A program made the translations under genes and the position numbers. A DNA stretch of 63,135 nucleotides, filler included, from Hausera hauseri (lineage: Eukaryota): the NCBI GenBank assembly GCA_046269625.1. It is 10 parts of 10 records of this genome, joined end to end, with 100 filler letters (N's around TTAATTAATTAA, not from the genome) between each part and the next. Parts side by side here need not be neighbours in the genome. Positions count along the whole stretch, not along the records: positions 1 to 5,136 come from JBJURY010324606.1; positions 5,237 to 11,078 come from JBJURY010180861.1; 8 more parts are not named here. One strand, 5' to 3'. A model generated the notes under the pieces. It made no database searches. It saw only the letters and a list, made by a program, of their open reading frames with translations, and was not told the DNA's origin. Numbering within the stretch: the first letter of the stretch is position 1; every line of letters starts with the position of its first letter. This document shows, one piece after another, positions 1-11,178 of the stretch.

Positions 1-1891
1 TGGCCGTCGATGCGCTCTGACGTGCAGGCATGGGTTAGGCAGTGTGTGGCATGCCAAAAATACAAAGTTACTAAGCATTTAAAGCCAACACGATATCATT
101 TTCCCTGCACGTCTCGTTTCGAATCCGTTCGCATTGATCTTGTAGGCCCACTACCCTTAGACAACGGCCATCAGTTCATCCTCACAATGATGGACCGTTC
201 CTCGCGATGGCTAGAGGTTGTCCCGCTTCGGAGCAGCAACAAGAAAAAATCGCAGACGTTTTCATCCGCACTTGGATCAGCAGGATTGGATCACATCGCC
301 ACATCATTTCGGACCAAGGTCCACAGTTCGAATCCAACCTGTTTAAAGCTTCTGTCAATCGATTGGGAATTAACCACGTTCACACGTAACCATATCATCC
401 CCAATCGAATAGCTTTCTTGAACGCTTTCACCGAACGATGAAAACATCCCTCAAAATACTTGCTGAGTCCAATCTCAGTTGGACTAAACTTTTCCGTACG
501 TTCTGCTTGGCTGGCGGAACACACCATCTACTTCTACAGGCTGCTCACCTGCAGAAGCATTATTTGGCACTTCCATCATATTATTATTCGAGCTGGCTGA
601 GCTAAACAATATTCCTACAAATGAAACCATATAAGCGGCACAGAGACACTTCGTTGACATCAGCAAAGACTTATTTTGCAGACTGTTACACGGAAATAAA
701 CCTTACACACCCGGCGATTTATATACTGCCACGTTCGTTTGGTTAAAGAATCAGATGCCATGTGGATTTCAACCTCAGTATGTTGGCCCTTACAAAGTAA
801 TTGGTTTACACTCCCACAACATCATCATTGTCAAGAACGACAAAGAAGTAACAGTCTACATCAACAACGCTAAGCCGGCCTTCTTCATTGACGACACGTC
901 TCCCATCGAAACCACTTCTTCACGAACATCTTTACACGACACTCAGCAATCCAACAATCCACCTTCCATCTCTGTTCAATTTCTTAATCCACTTTTGCCT
1001 ACGCTTTCTCCCAAGACTTCTACTTCAATTTCTTCTGACAATTCAGCCTCTTTTTCCCCATCCGATTTTACACCTTCAAGCCTTTTTAACACCTCTTTCA
1101 TCCCCTGATAACATCCTGCTTTCTCCTTTTACAGTACTTCCTCCATCAAACACTACTTCGACTTCACAAATCTGTCCATCCATCCCTTTCATCATTCCAG
1201 TTTCTTGCATACCACTTTCCAATTACTTGCCTTCGCCTTCTCCATCTTCTTGTTCTCTTCCGTTTTGTACCTCTTCGCCCTTCTCTCACTCTTTTTTTCT
1301 CCTTCCACACTTTCCTCATCTTCGGCGCGTCCTTCCTCCCTCTCTCCTCACATATCTTTTACTCCTTTCACTTTCGCTTCACAACTGTCTCCTCACTTTA
1401 CTTCTATCCCTATTTCTCTTCCGCTCTCTACCACTACTTCTGTTTCATCTTCCACTTCCACTCTTTCACCCAATTCAATTCCAACTTCTGCTCCAACACT
1501 TTTCTCTTTTCCTTTATCCGCCACTACACCTTTTATCATTCCTTCCTATTCTAACACTCTTGAATATCTTGAACTATCCGTCTCCAACAATCCCTCTTCC
1601 TCCCTCACCTTCCTCTTCACTTCATTCTGACTCGCCTTTGCACAACACAACACTTACAACAAAATCCGACAATTTTTCCCCAACTTCAAACTCTGCAAGC
1701 AAACACACCGCATAAAGACAAAACATGCAGAGTCACATTCAGCAAGTAGAGCAGGGAAAAATCAGTAGAAGGCAACCAACGTTTTGTGCACACTAAGACC
1801 GACTGACACATACACTTTTTCGTTTAGCGCTTGTTTTTTCCCGCCTGTTTTAATCTTCATAGGTATCACTTTGCCACTGGGGGAGGGGTCA
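1..1891 (+). mobile_element. Ty3/Gypsy family A copy 1: degraded integrase, Ser/Thr/Pro-rich tail and PPT
   Basis: CVACQKYK, RFESVRIDLVGPLP, MDRSSRW, ISDQGPQFES and GPYKV integrase motifs with frameshifts; PPT GGGGGAGGGG at about 1879-1888. Confidence 0.93.
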
Positions 1892-2010
1892 CGTGGTGCC
1901 CACATCGGTCGGTAATCTTTGGCCCATTTGGTTGAGCACGGCCGGGCGTCTGTTGCCGTCGCGTCGGATCCATAGTCGGTTCCGATTTCCCCGCCTTAAG
2001 AATTTAATAC
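1892..2010 (+). repeat. 5' end of the 3' LTR of family A copy 1 (conserved GC-rich LTR head)
   Basis: CGTGGTGCC directly after the PPT; TGGCCCATTTGGTTGAGCACGGCCGGGC is shared with 36724-36830 (+) and 54690-54798 (-). Confidence 0.75.
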
Positions 2011-2593
2011 CGCTGCAGGTGCGACAATCAGAATCTCTGGCAGCATTTCAATACTAATGTGATCTCTCAACCGAATAACATTTTGTTATGCAGTAACCCG
2101 TCAAAACGATGTATGATTCGTTTCTCTGTACCAATTCCTATCTACCCAACGCATCATCGATTAACTCAGACATTATTCAGACGGACAAATTTCAAGGCAT
2201 ACCTCCGATAACTTCACAACACCTCACCGATCAACAGGAAAAAACTATTCGTTACATCTTCCAATGAACTCGCATCAACTCTCATCGTCGATCCTCGATT
2301 CACTGTGGTCCCTTTTCAGTCCCCGTTAGACGGTCTTTATATAAACGATTGTTTTACAATTTCATGAAGAACTTCAAGCAATGCAGATATAAAATTAGAC
2401 AAAGTTAAACAGGAGAGTCAGAAACCCTCAAACTACGAATAAAGACCTTACTAATATCAAAGACTGAGAGTCAGAAAATCAAACGGAAATTGGCAAGTTG
2501 AAAAGCAGTATTAAAGAACTAGAAAACACGAATATGTCGCTAAATTCGAAACTGAAACCTAGAGAAAATAAAATGTCATAAAGTGATACAAAA

Positions 2594-3268
2594 TTGAAGG
2601 ATCTCATTTCGCAGAAACAATCTCTATTTGATGAAAAAGAGAAACTGATTAAACAAATAGATGATTTAGAAAAATCAGCTCAAACCAAGGCAAGCATACT
2701 CGAATTTATATACGGCGATATACTCAGACATTTCACGGATACGTCCAGTGGTCAAACAACTGTAAACTATACCTACAAATGTTGCATCGACCATCTCTTT
2801 TACGAGGAGAAAAACACCACATCTCTGCGGCACCTCTTAAACAATTTGTTAAAAGTGGAAATTCATTCTTGTCATAACGATCTCAGTTCGAATATGTATC
2901 TCTCAGATTTCTTCCGTAATCATTTGCACCTATATGATGATCCCTCTGTTAATTTCATAACGAATCTCATTTCAGTTTCTGTGTCCCACTTGACGAATTC
3001 CAGAAATTTCGTGACCGATAAATCCATCGTAACAGAAATCCAAAACTCCTTCAATGGTTTTCTCAGCGTCGACATGCCGAATTTTACAACATCCATTCGT
3101 CAGATTTTAACTGATATTGCATATTTTGTGATTAAATCGAATGGTGCATCAGTTTCTTTGATAAATTGTCTGGATGAAAATCAACTCGTGACCAGTCCAT
3201 CCAGCAATCAATTTGTCGACGAAATTCTTGATGAAGACTCATTCAAAAAAAATTCCTCTTTCATTTAG
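2594..3268 (+). CDS. Hypothetical protein with N-terminal coiled-coil character (probable LTR cargo, disrupted upstream from about 2364)
   Basis: 224-aa ORF, K/E/L-rich N-terminus; family not recognised; lies downstream of the LTR head. Confidence 0.4.
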   Translation: MKDLISQKQSLFDEKEKLIKQIDDLEKSAQTKASILEFIYGDILRHFTDTSSGQTTVNYTYKCCIDHLFYEEKNTTSLRHLLNNLLKVEIHSCHNDLSSNMYLSDFFRNHLHLYDDPSVNFITNLISVSVSHLTNSRNFVTDKSIVTEIQNSFNGFLSVDMPNFTTSIRQILTDIAYFVIKSNGASVSLINCLDENQLVTSPSSNQFVDEILDEDSFKKNSSFI

Positions 3269-4339
3269 CTCAGGAATTAGACAAGAAATATCAAACAAAT
3301 ATGGAGGAGCAAATAATCCGACCTTCCTTTGTGACGGTGTTCAAGCACCTATCTCATATGAATTTACAAGATGTTTTCTATACTTTTGGAAGGATTCCAG
3401 AAGTGGCATATTTTGCAAACGCTAAATTTACTGTGTCAATCGTTTTGGTGCCAATTTACTTTCCAAAGATTTTGTGCATCGACTTTACAGAATATATACT
3501 TCTGGATCCCCAAACGATGAACAGGATGATCAGCAAACATTGAACTCCTTTTGCTTAAGTAATATGAATGTTCAATATTCTCTGGATATCCAAAAAAAGA
3601 CTTTCTTACTTTTTATATATGTAAATGTCGACATTTGCTCAGTTTACACAATCAAACTAGAAATTTGTCCACCGCATTTTGCGAAAAAACATTTCAGGAA
3701 ATAATAAGCTATAGCTAGTGCGTCACTGCATTCGCACAGGATAAATTTTTCAGTACAACAGGTGTGAAATCCAATCTATTATTTATTAGATGGAAACTTC
3801 GTTTAATGAAGATCTACTTAATATTATCAGCGATATATTGCGGACAATAAAACCAAAAGAAATGTTAAAAGTTCTAATATTCGTTGTTTGTACATATTTG
3901 GCTCGGTTTAAGTCGCAAAGGATGAGATAAGTGCGTACAAATGATGACTTCCGATTTCTAATGTTTAAATTTTGTAAATATCAAAATAAAAAAGTAGATA
4001 CATTTGAATTTTGAAAGTTTTTTTTCACTATTTTGGAAATTTTATTCGGTTGACTTTTGATCGATGGATATTGTGCAATTCTTAACTAATATCGGAATTT
4101 TCAAAGTCGACGTAAGTCTTCGAATTTTAACAGTGAAAGTCCACCATATAGATAGGTTTTTCTTTGATTATTTTGATGTCAATTCTCTTGGTGAACTGGT
4201 TGAGCGAATTTTCGAATTATTGTTTATCTTTTTATTGAACATAGCTTTAACGCTAAAGGTTGCCGAAGTTTTAATTAACATTTCAAAAAGAGCAGATTCT
4301 TCGAAACGAAGTGCATTTCTGTTTTATTCGGAAAATCTA

Positions 4340-5136
4340 TAGTCTAAATCCTGATTTCAAGCATCCATTGCTGACAGCAATACGGAATATGCGTCCCAAC
4401 ATTTATTCTAATGAGGAGATCGTCGTGTTTTGTGTCGGGAGTTTTACAAATCTAGTAAAGCCATTCCGGTCAAAAAGTCTCTTAAATTTGAACGAGAAAT
4501 TAATGGTTAATTTCCAGGATACCATCCTTGAAGTCTATACTGCAACGCTCAAGGTTTGTAAAAAATTTACCTTTGTCTTTGTCATCTTTGCTCCTACATG
4601 TCTAGTTTGGCATTTAACACATAGAGCTTCCGCTATCCGAGATACTTTATCTGCGTTTGTATGTTCACTGCCTGGACGAAATTGCAGCTGAAAATTGAAG
4701 GTGGCCATATCTTCAACCCATGTCTGGAATTGTGCACTTAAAGGTTTTGTTGATTATGTCATGAACACCAAAGCCTTATGATCTGTGTGGGCTACAAACT
4801 CTTTCCCATACAAATAATGTTTGAAATGTACCATAAACTCTCTTAGTGCGAGAAACTCTTTCCTAGTTAAACAGTATCCCTTCTCACGGTTATTCAGCGT
4901 TCTGGAACCATACGCCACCACGCGTTCGGTTCCATCATCTTGTACTTGATTAAGGACGCCTCCTATAGCTGAAAAGCTCGCATCTGTGTCAAGGATCATG
5001 GATCGGTCCGGGTTTAGAAAACATAAGACTGGAGTCGTCGTTAGTCGTTGTTTCAATTTTTCGAAGCTGGCTTGACACTCTTCCGACCAGTGGAAATTAT
5101 CCTTAGCTTTCGTGGCTGCATACAGTGGCGCCGCAA
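4340..5136 (-). mobile_element. Ty3/Gypsy family B fragment (RT connection/RNase H)
   Basis: ILDTDASFSAIGGVL, AYGSRTL, YCLTRKEFLA and TDHKAL; same type as 34062-34625. Lower-coordinate boundary approximate. Confidence 0.85.
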
Positions 5137-5236
5137 NNNNNNNNNNNNNNNNNNNNNNNNNNNNNNNNNNNNNNNNNNNNTTAATTAATTAANNNNNNNN
5201 NNNNNNNNNNNNNNNNNNNNNNNNNNNNNNNNNNNN
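5137..5236. other. Artificial contig linker N44-TTAATTAATTAA-N44 (same linker at 11079-11178, 22869-22968, 33373-33472, 38205-38304, 42502-42601, 46934-47033, 54276-54375, 58477-58576)
   Basis: Identical 100-nt spacer seen nine times; the 12-mer gives stop codons in all six frames; the flanking sequences are unrelated. Confidence 0.97.
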
Positions 5237-6210
5237 CATCACAAGTATGTCCCACTTGCGATTCCAAGTATGTCGAAGGTCTGATACGTTATGTATCACC
5301 TTTGGACATCGGCCGTGGGACTTGGCAAAAGCCCATTTCCCTAAAAGCAATAAAAATTAATTAATGTAACGCTATTACCTATTCCGCTAGCACCAAACAA
5401 GAGAGCAGTATTGCGATTGGTGCTAAAATCAAACGGAATTGGGTCAATCAGGAACTTGCATTCCGGATGGACCACCACTTCCTTTTGAAACTTTCCATAA
5501 AGGAAACTTTTTAATTGATTATGTCTGATGATATATTACTGCCGGTCAACTAAAGTTAAAATTAATTAAATATATTGCATATTAATTTGTTACCTTGAAA
5601 GATACTGTGTCAAGTGCCTCGTCATAAGAAGAAGCATCGGTGATTTGCCGATACATTGCCTTATTTGACGTTTTATCATTCATTATATCAATGGGGCAAA
5701 CGCCCCATTGAAGGACAGTCGCTCCACCAAACGTTTTTTTGAAATGGCTGCGGTAAATCTAGAAACAATAAAATTAATTACATTAAGAAAAACGATTACT
5801 TCATATAAGTCATCGTTTGTGGGAATTGCGTAGCTGGCACGAAATACATTACTGAAGGTATGTAGCCTCATCGGAGTTTTCAGATAAACCACGTGCCTTT
5901 TGGATTTACTTCTTCCTGTAATCGAACGTACGTAGCACGTTGCTCAAACACGCCACGCATTTCATTCATTTAATCTTAATAATCACCAAATATACTGGGA
6001 TCTCGCCGAAAAACTGTCATGTAATTTCAGCAATTTTCACGATGTTCTGGCTTCTAAAACAATAAAATAATACGGTAATAATAATTAACGTACAGGGACA
6101 TCTTTAACGGATTTCACGTATTTGGATTGCAGTGCACCCACGATATCTTCCGGATCTCCGCGAGATAATGAACTTTTCTGCTGCTCTTCGATTTGGTTGC
6201 AATGGATCAT
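5237..6210 (-). pseudogene. rep: Intron-containing geminivirus/CRESS-like Rep (HUH endonuclease + SF3 helicase), degraded, cut by contig end
   Basis: Minus-strand GT-AG introns at 6093-6054, 5799-5759, 5593-5550 and 5378-5341. Manual splicing gives NYMTVF (motif I position), YVRLQEEVNPKG/HVVYL (motif II region), SHFKKTFGGATVLQWGVCPID, AMYRQITDASSYDEAL, YIIRHNQL, Walker A LLFGASGIGKW, then FAKSH..P.VIHNVSDL..WDILVM leading to Walker B. Several stops and frameshifts. Confidence 0.72.
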
Positions 6211-6222
6211 CTGATCTATTGT

Positions 6223-6507
6223 TTGTGCAGAACATTTGAGGAAAGCTCCTTACTTAATTCCAAATTTCTTAAACATTATTAAATGTTATGCGATAAATAT
6301 TTATTGATAAATATTTGTAGGAACAATTATTTCAAGAATTTTGAAAGTAATTTCAAAATTTCGCCAAATTATTGTCTTCGAAAACAATTGTCATTATACA
6401 TTACCTCACTAATGTTGCTCCAATTAATTTCCGTATTGTGATAAACATTTACAATGGATAATTTGACAAATGTAGTTCCATTGGAAACAATACGAATTGT
6501 CTTAACA
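6223..6507 (+). repeat. About 285-bp direct repeat, second copy at 10791-11078
   Basis: Near-identical text TTGTGCAGAACAT..AAAGCTCCTTACTTAATTCC ... GGAAACAATACGAATTGTC in both places. Confidence 0.9.
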
Positions 6508-7131
6508 ATATCATTTCAAACAATCAAATGGCAAAAGTTTTATGTTTTCTGTCTGTTCCAATCCGTTTATTACGATATAACATCGAATAGTATTAATAGT
6601 AGTATGGTTGCAATGGCCTTCAAAAATTATTTTCTAGATACTATAAATATAATTTAAAAATAATTAGAATTTATTGGCAATTAATAACAGTTCGGTATTC
6701 ATATATTTCAACGAATAGGGTAAAAATGGGCATTGTGGCTCAGTGTTGAGGGATCCAGCAACGCGTTGTATTAGCTAATTACGAACTGCATTGAATTTAT
6801 CATGGTCATCGGTTTCATTTAAGCATGTTTGTACACATCAAGTAATACGTTATACACAAATGCATATTCTCCATTAATAAATAAAACATTATCTCAAGTT
6901 CAGCTATCACTTATTACATATTGCACTAAAGTTATTTATAAAATATTCGACATCCGATATTTGTATAATCAACAGTAATGTAGTGTACAACTATTACTGA
7001 TTTGACAAGGAATCTAATTTGGGTTGATGAAATAATGTGGAAGTTCCTGTTATCATAAATAAATGGATTGTTCAATTTTTACATATAGAAATAATCAGAG
7101 AGAGAGAGGCGTACAAAACATAATGCTGATA

Positions 7132-7465
7132 ATAACTGCGGCTAATATCTGACTTGTCCTAATAGCAATAGCCAAGGTTCGAAAGAAAATATTGTACCTG
7201 TATGTGATAAGTTTCTTATAGTAAATAAAATGAATTACATAAATCTATTTGCAATTATTGTTTATTGAAATTAAATTGATGATATAATAATTATATAACA
7301 ATGATGCAACAATGATAAATAAATCATATAATTCTAATTATTAACATTCATCCATTTCATTATAATACTATTTTCTAGTCATTATTTATCACTTATAGGC
7401 AAATTTTATTTTTTCAAACCTTGGCCGTTGCTGCTAGGACAAATCCGATGTTAGCCACAGTAATA
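7132..7465. mobile_element. MITE-like element with about 60-80-bp imperfect terminal inverted repeats
   Basis: CTGCGGCTAATATCTGACTTGTCCTAATAGCAATAGCCAAGGTTCGAAA matches the reverse complement of TTTCAAACCTTGGCCGTTGCTGCTAGGACAAATCCGATGTTAGCCACAG; AT-rich non-coding core. Confidence 0.7.
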
Positions 7466-7868
7466 TAAAAATACTTTTTCAAATCAAAGCCAAAATAACT
7501 CGATTGAAGATTTTAAACGTGGTAGCTTTTAGCCCTTGTTTAAATATACCCCACTACGTATAAGAATTTTATACTTTATCAAATTATCTGGAGTTTATAT
7601 TCTTTTCAAATTTGATTTATAAACTTTTTATCTTTTTGTTTTATGATTTTTTAACGTTTTGCCGAAATCAAACATTTTCGTCTAATGTTTAATATATAAT
7701 CTGTGGTTATTTATATGCGATTGTTAACGGACTCGGCCACGTCGTATATCAAACGAACGACAACGGCGACGCGGAAAGTACGCCACGGTTGAAATTCAAC
7801 ATGAACCCAGCGCACGAAGCCTAAATGTCTGTTTACTAAGCATAGGAGGAAAGAGCTTTTATGTTTTC

Positions 7869-8276
7869 ATGCTATTTTTCATCTTATCCAACATCAATTG
7901 TCTGAGGCACATAAAGAAGCCCAATCTTCCTCTGCAGCCGGTTTCAATTCCATAAGAAATCCCGACAGTGTTTTCTCATAATCCCGAATTCAGATTGATG
8001 ATTTTTCCTACCGGTAAATATCGAAGAATTGGTTGCAAACAGCCGCTTGTGAATCCAATTGTCCATGTCTCAGATTATGAGTTTACAGTTGTAATCAAAC
8101 GAATTCAATCAATAACGGTAACGTGTTGCCTACAGCGTTTAATAAACATTTATACACTGGCAACGAAGATTGACTGTATTTTTGAACCGGAATTATTTCC
8201 CTCACATATATTTAATATACACCTTACGTTGGGGAAAATGGTCATTGTCGGACTCAAATCGTTGAATTACGGTTGA
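7869..8276 (+). pseudogene. Compact, divergent TATA-binding-protein-like gene, intronless, one in-frame stop
   Basis: LSNINC.. / LMIFPTGKYRRIGCK / IQSITVTC..INI / FEPELFP / GKMVIVGLKS parallel the two TBP repeats (LIFxSGKxxxxGAKS, YEPELFPG). Confidence 0.65.
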
Positions 8277-9520
8277 ATTACCGTTCATAAAATAGTCAAT
8301 GAAACATTGGATGCTATTGTTTAAATGATTCAAAATTAAATCATTAGCAAAATGTGTATATAAACAACTTCATATTTCATTATTTTTCATTTTTCTAAAA
8401 AGAAGAGTAATAACGACAATGAAGCTCAATAATAATAATAATGATAATTTTTCAGACATCAATCCGATTGCGATAGCGAAGATATTAAATCATTAACAGA
8501 TTTTCTTAGTGACAATAATGTTGATAATAATAACAAATGTTATGCCTGCGCAATTTTTGAATCTACTTTTGTAATTGGCGAAATTAATTCATGTTTAATA
8601 TAATTTACAACGATATAAATTAAAAAACCATGAAATCATTATTTTCCTTGCGCTTAAAGCAATGGACGAAAAATCCACATTTATTCCAAGTCCAATTTCT
8701 GCATCGGCGTAGAATATTAAAACATAATATCGGAATAGGATATCTGCATGGAATATCTGTATGGAATATCGCATAGAACATTTTGCATTGACATAGGAGA
8801 TTCACGTCAGCATTGAATCTGGTCATGAATTTTCATTCATTATTTGTAAGTTTCTGTAACAGAAGTAATATGAAAGATTTATTTTAAATCCTGAAATCAG
8901 TTGAAATCAAAAATATAAACAAAAATTTAAATATTTTATCATATTTTCCTGGCAATATCTGATCCCTAGGGGTTTCCGTCAACTGTCTCAACGAGGAAAT
9001 TGATTTATTTACATATTTGTAAATTTTTTTCTACATTTTGGGGTTTTTCTCTTTTTCCATTTTGCATATTTGATAACAACTCTTCATTTGAACTGAACTT
9101 GCGCATAACAGTCAGAGATACTTAAATTTCACAAACTGTTTGAGCGACAGCATTTACTACAATCACTTAATCGAACGTTAGATTCAAGTTTTAACTAAAG
9201 TTCTGTTTAAATATATTGTGAGTAACGACGTAAATTATAATAGTAATTTTGTTATTTAAAATCCATATTCAGAAACAAATTAAATTCAATTCTTTCGAAT
9301 TGTTGTTTAATTTAATATTTCCAATGTCAACTTTAACGAATAATAAAATACCTGCAAAATTCTCGATAAAACGCATGCTGCATACATGCGTCCGCAGTGC
9401 ATTATATCAGCGTACGTGTTCATATCTAAAATATTGAACTATCCAATAAAAATAATAAAATCAAATTTTATTAAAAAATTCAATGCCATTTAATTAGGTT
9501 TGCTTATAGTTACTCATGAA

Positions 9521-10192
9521 ATGTACGATATTGGTTTTGACGTAATCACAGACTTAATGATGAGATTTAGTCTCCATATGAATTTGGAAATGCCACCAAG
9601 TGAAATGTTTTACACTCTTTGTAACATGTACTGGTATTATATTGACAAACAATTCAAGACAAGAAAGCCCGGTAAGGAAGATTTCCAAGACTTTTACAAA
9701 GATATCTGCCGCAAAGTTCCCAATATTTTTCCACATTTTATTGATATTAATAAAGAATATAAAAAATGGTTGCGTATGAGGTATACAGCTTCACGAGTTC
9801 AAACACTTCTAGTTGATCAAACAGGCAACAATTTTGTAGTATGTAAGTCGGATAATGATAAATATTGGACATTACCAGGTGGAAAAATTGAGGGAAAAGA
9901 CAGGTGTCCTAAAGATGCCGCGATACGAGAAACATATGAAGAAGTTGGATATGACATTAGTAGAAGTGTTAAACCTCAACTCAGCTTCGACATAAGATTC
10001 AGTCATTGTCATATTACATATTTTATCATTTTAAATATTAATATGAATACATGCTTTGCACCGCAATCAACTAAAGAAATTCAACAAGTAAAATGGATGA
10101 GTTTCAATCCGGACACTTGGACTGGTGATTCCGCACAATATACAATGCTAAGAGATGCAGTTGAGAAAGCTCGCAATATTTTAAACAAATAA
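9521..10192 (+). CDS. Dcp2-like mRNA-decapping Nudix hydrolase (Box A + Nudix, no C-terminal tail), intronless and intact
   Basis: Box A-like DLMMRF...MFYTLCNMYWYYID; Nudix box WTLPGGKIEGKDRCPKDAAIRETYEEVGYD; FAPQSTKEIQQVKW; AATAAA overlaps the stop codon. Confidence 0.85.
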   Translation: MYDIGFDVITDLMMRFSLHMNLEMPPSEMFYTLCNMYWYYIDKQFKTRKPGKEDFQDFYKDICRKVPNIFPHFIDINKEYKKWLRMRYTASRVQTLLVDQTGNNFVVCKSDNDKYWTLPGGKIEGKDRCPKDAAIRETYEEVGYDISRSVKPQLSFDIRFSHCHITYFIILNINMNTCFAPQSTKEIQQVKWMSFNPDTWTGDSAQYTMLRDAVEKARNILNK

Positions 10193-11178
10193 AAATTTAC
10201 TTTTAAAAGTTAATAAATGTATTTTTAACAGTTTCATTCTTTGTACTTTTTAACACAATAAACATTGATAAACAAGTACGAAAAAATAATTAACAATATT
10301 TTTAAAGAATATTAACAGAGGTTCAAAAAATGCATAGAATTTTTACATAGTTTGTAAAATAAATTTTATATTAAATTTATATTTTGTGTATAGAGTATAC
10401 TTCGAAAAACGGTTAAATGGTTTTGCAGTGTTAGTCTATTAAAAATAATTTATTATCAGTTCATGAATTAGTATTCGAGGCAATGACCAAATTGAGTAAA
10501 ACCTATTCATTACATACGTTTTAAGTACGTATCGGCCAAATTCATTTTCCAAAACTCATTTCGTTGAACACGTTATTGAATTTATTTGAATATGATTAAA
10601 AAATTCACTATTTTGATATTTAAATTACACCAATATTAAACAATTGAAACCGCCAAAGAAGTTTCATAACCACTCTTCCGGAATTTGTGTTTGATTTGTC
10701 TATTTTGATCTGCAGTAAAATATATCTTTGGGTCAACTGGAAATAATATCTTGAAATTTTCACTGGATGTTCTTTTGTTCAGAATCTTTGTTGTGCAGAA
10801 CATATGAAGAAAGCTCCTTACTTAATTCCAAATTTCTTGAATATTATTAAATGTTATACGATAAATATTTGTTGATAAATCTTTGTAAGGACAATTATTT
10901 TGAGAATTTTTAAAACAGTAATTTCAAAATTTCGCAAAATTATTGTCTTCAAAAACAATTGTCACTATACATTATCTCACTAATGTTTCTCCTATTAATT
11001 TCCGTATTCTGATAAATATTTACAATGGATAATTTGACAAATGTAGTTCCATTGGAAACAATACGAATTGTCATAATANNNNNNNNNNNNNNNNNNNNNN
11101 NNNNNNNNNNNNNNNNNNNNNNTTAATTAATTAANNNNNNNNNNNNNNNNNNNNNNNNNNNNNNNNNNNNNNNNNNNN

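Noticed and set aside
888-1715. Long Leu/Pro/Ser ORFs (also 54956-55531, 43309-43557) as env-like or antisense genes
   Set aside because: Alternative frames of the pyrimidine-rich, low-complexity integrase tail; no signal peptide, fusion or conserved TM pattern.
5181-5192. Recurrent TTAATTAATTAA palindrome as a biological repeat or array
   Set aside because: Always centred in N-runs of fixed length; an assembly concatenation linker.
5683-6200. PIF/Harbinger transposase remnant
   Set aside because: The initial resemblance (DIVGAL) was not followed by DDE motifs; the spliced Rep model explains the region better.
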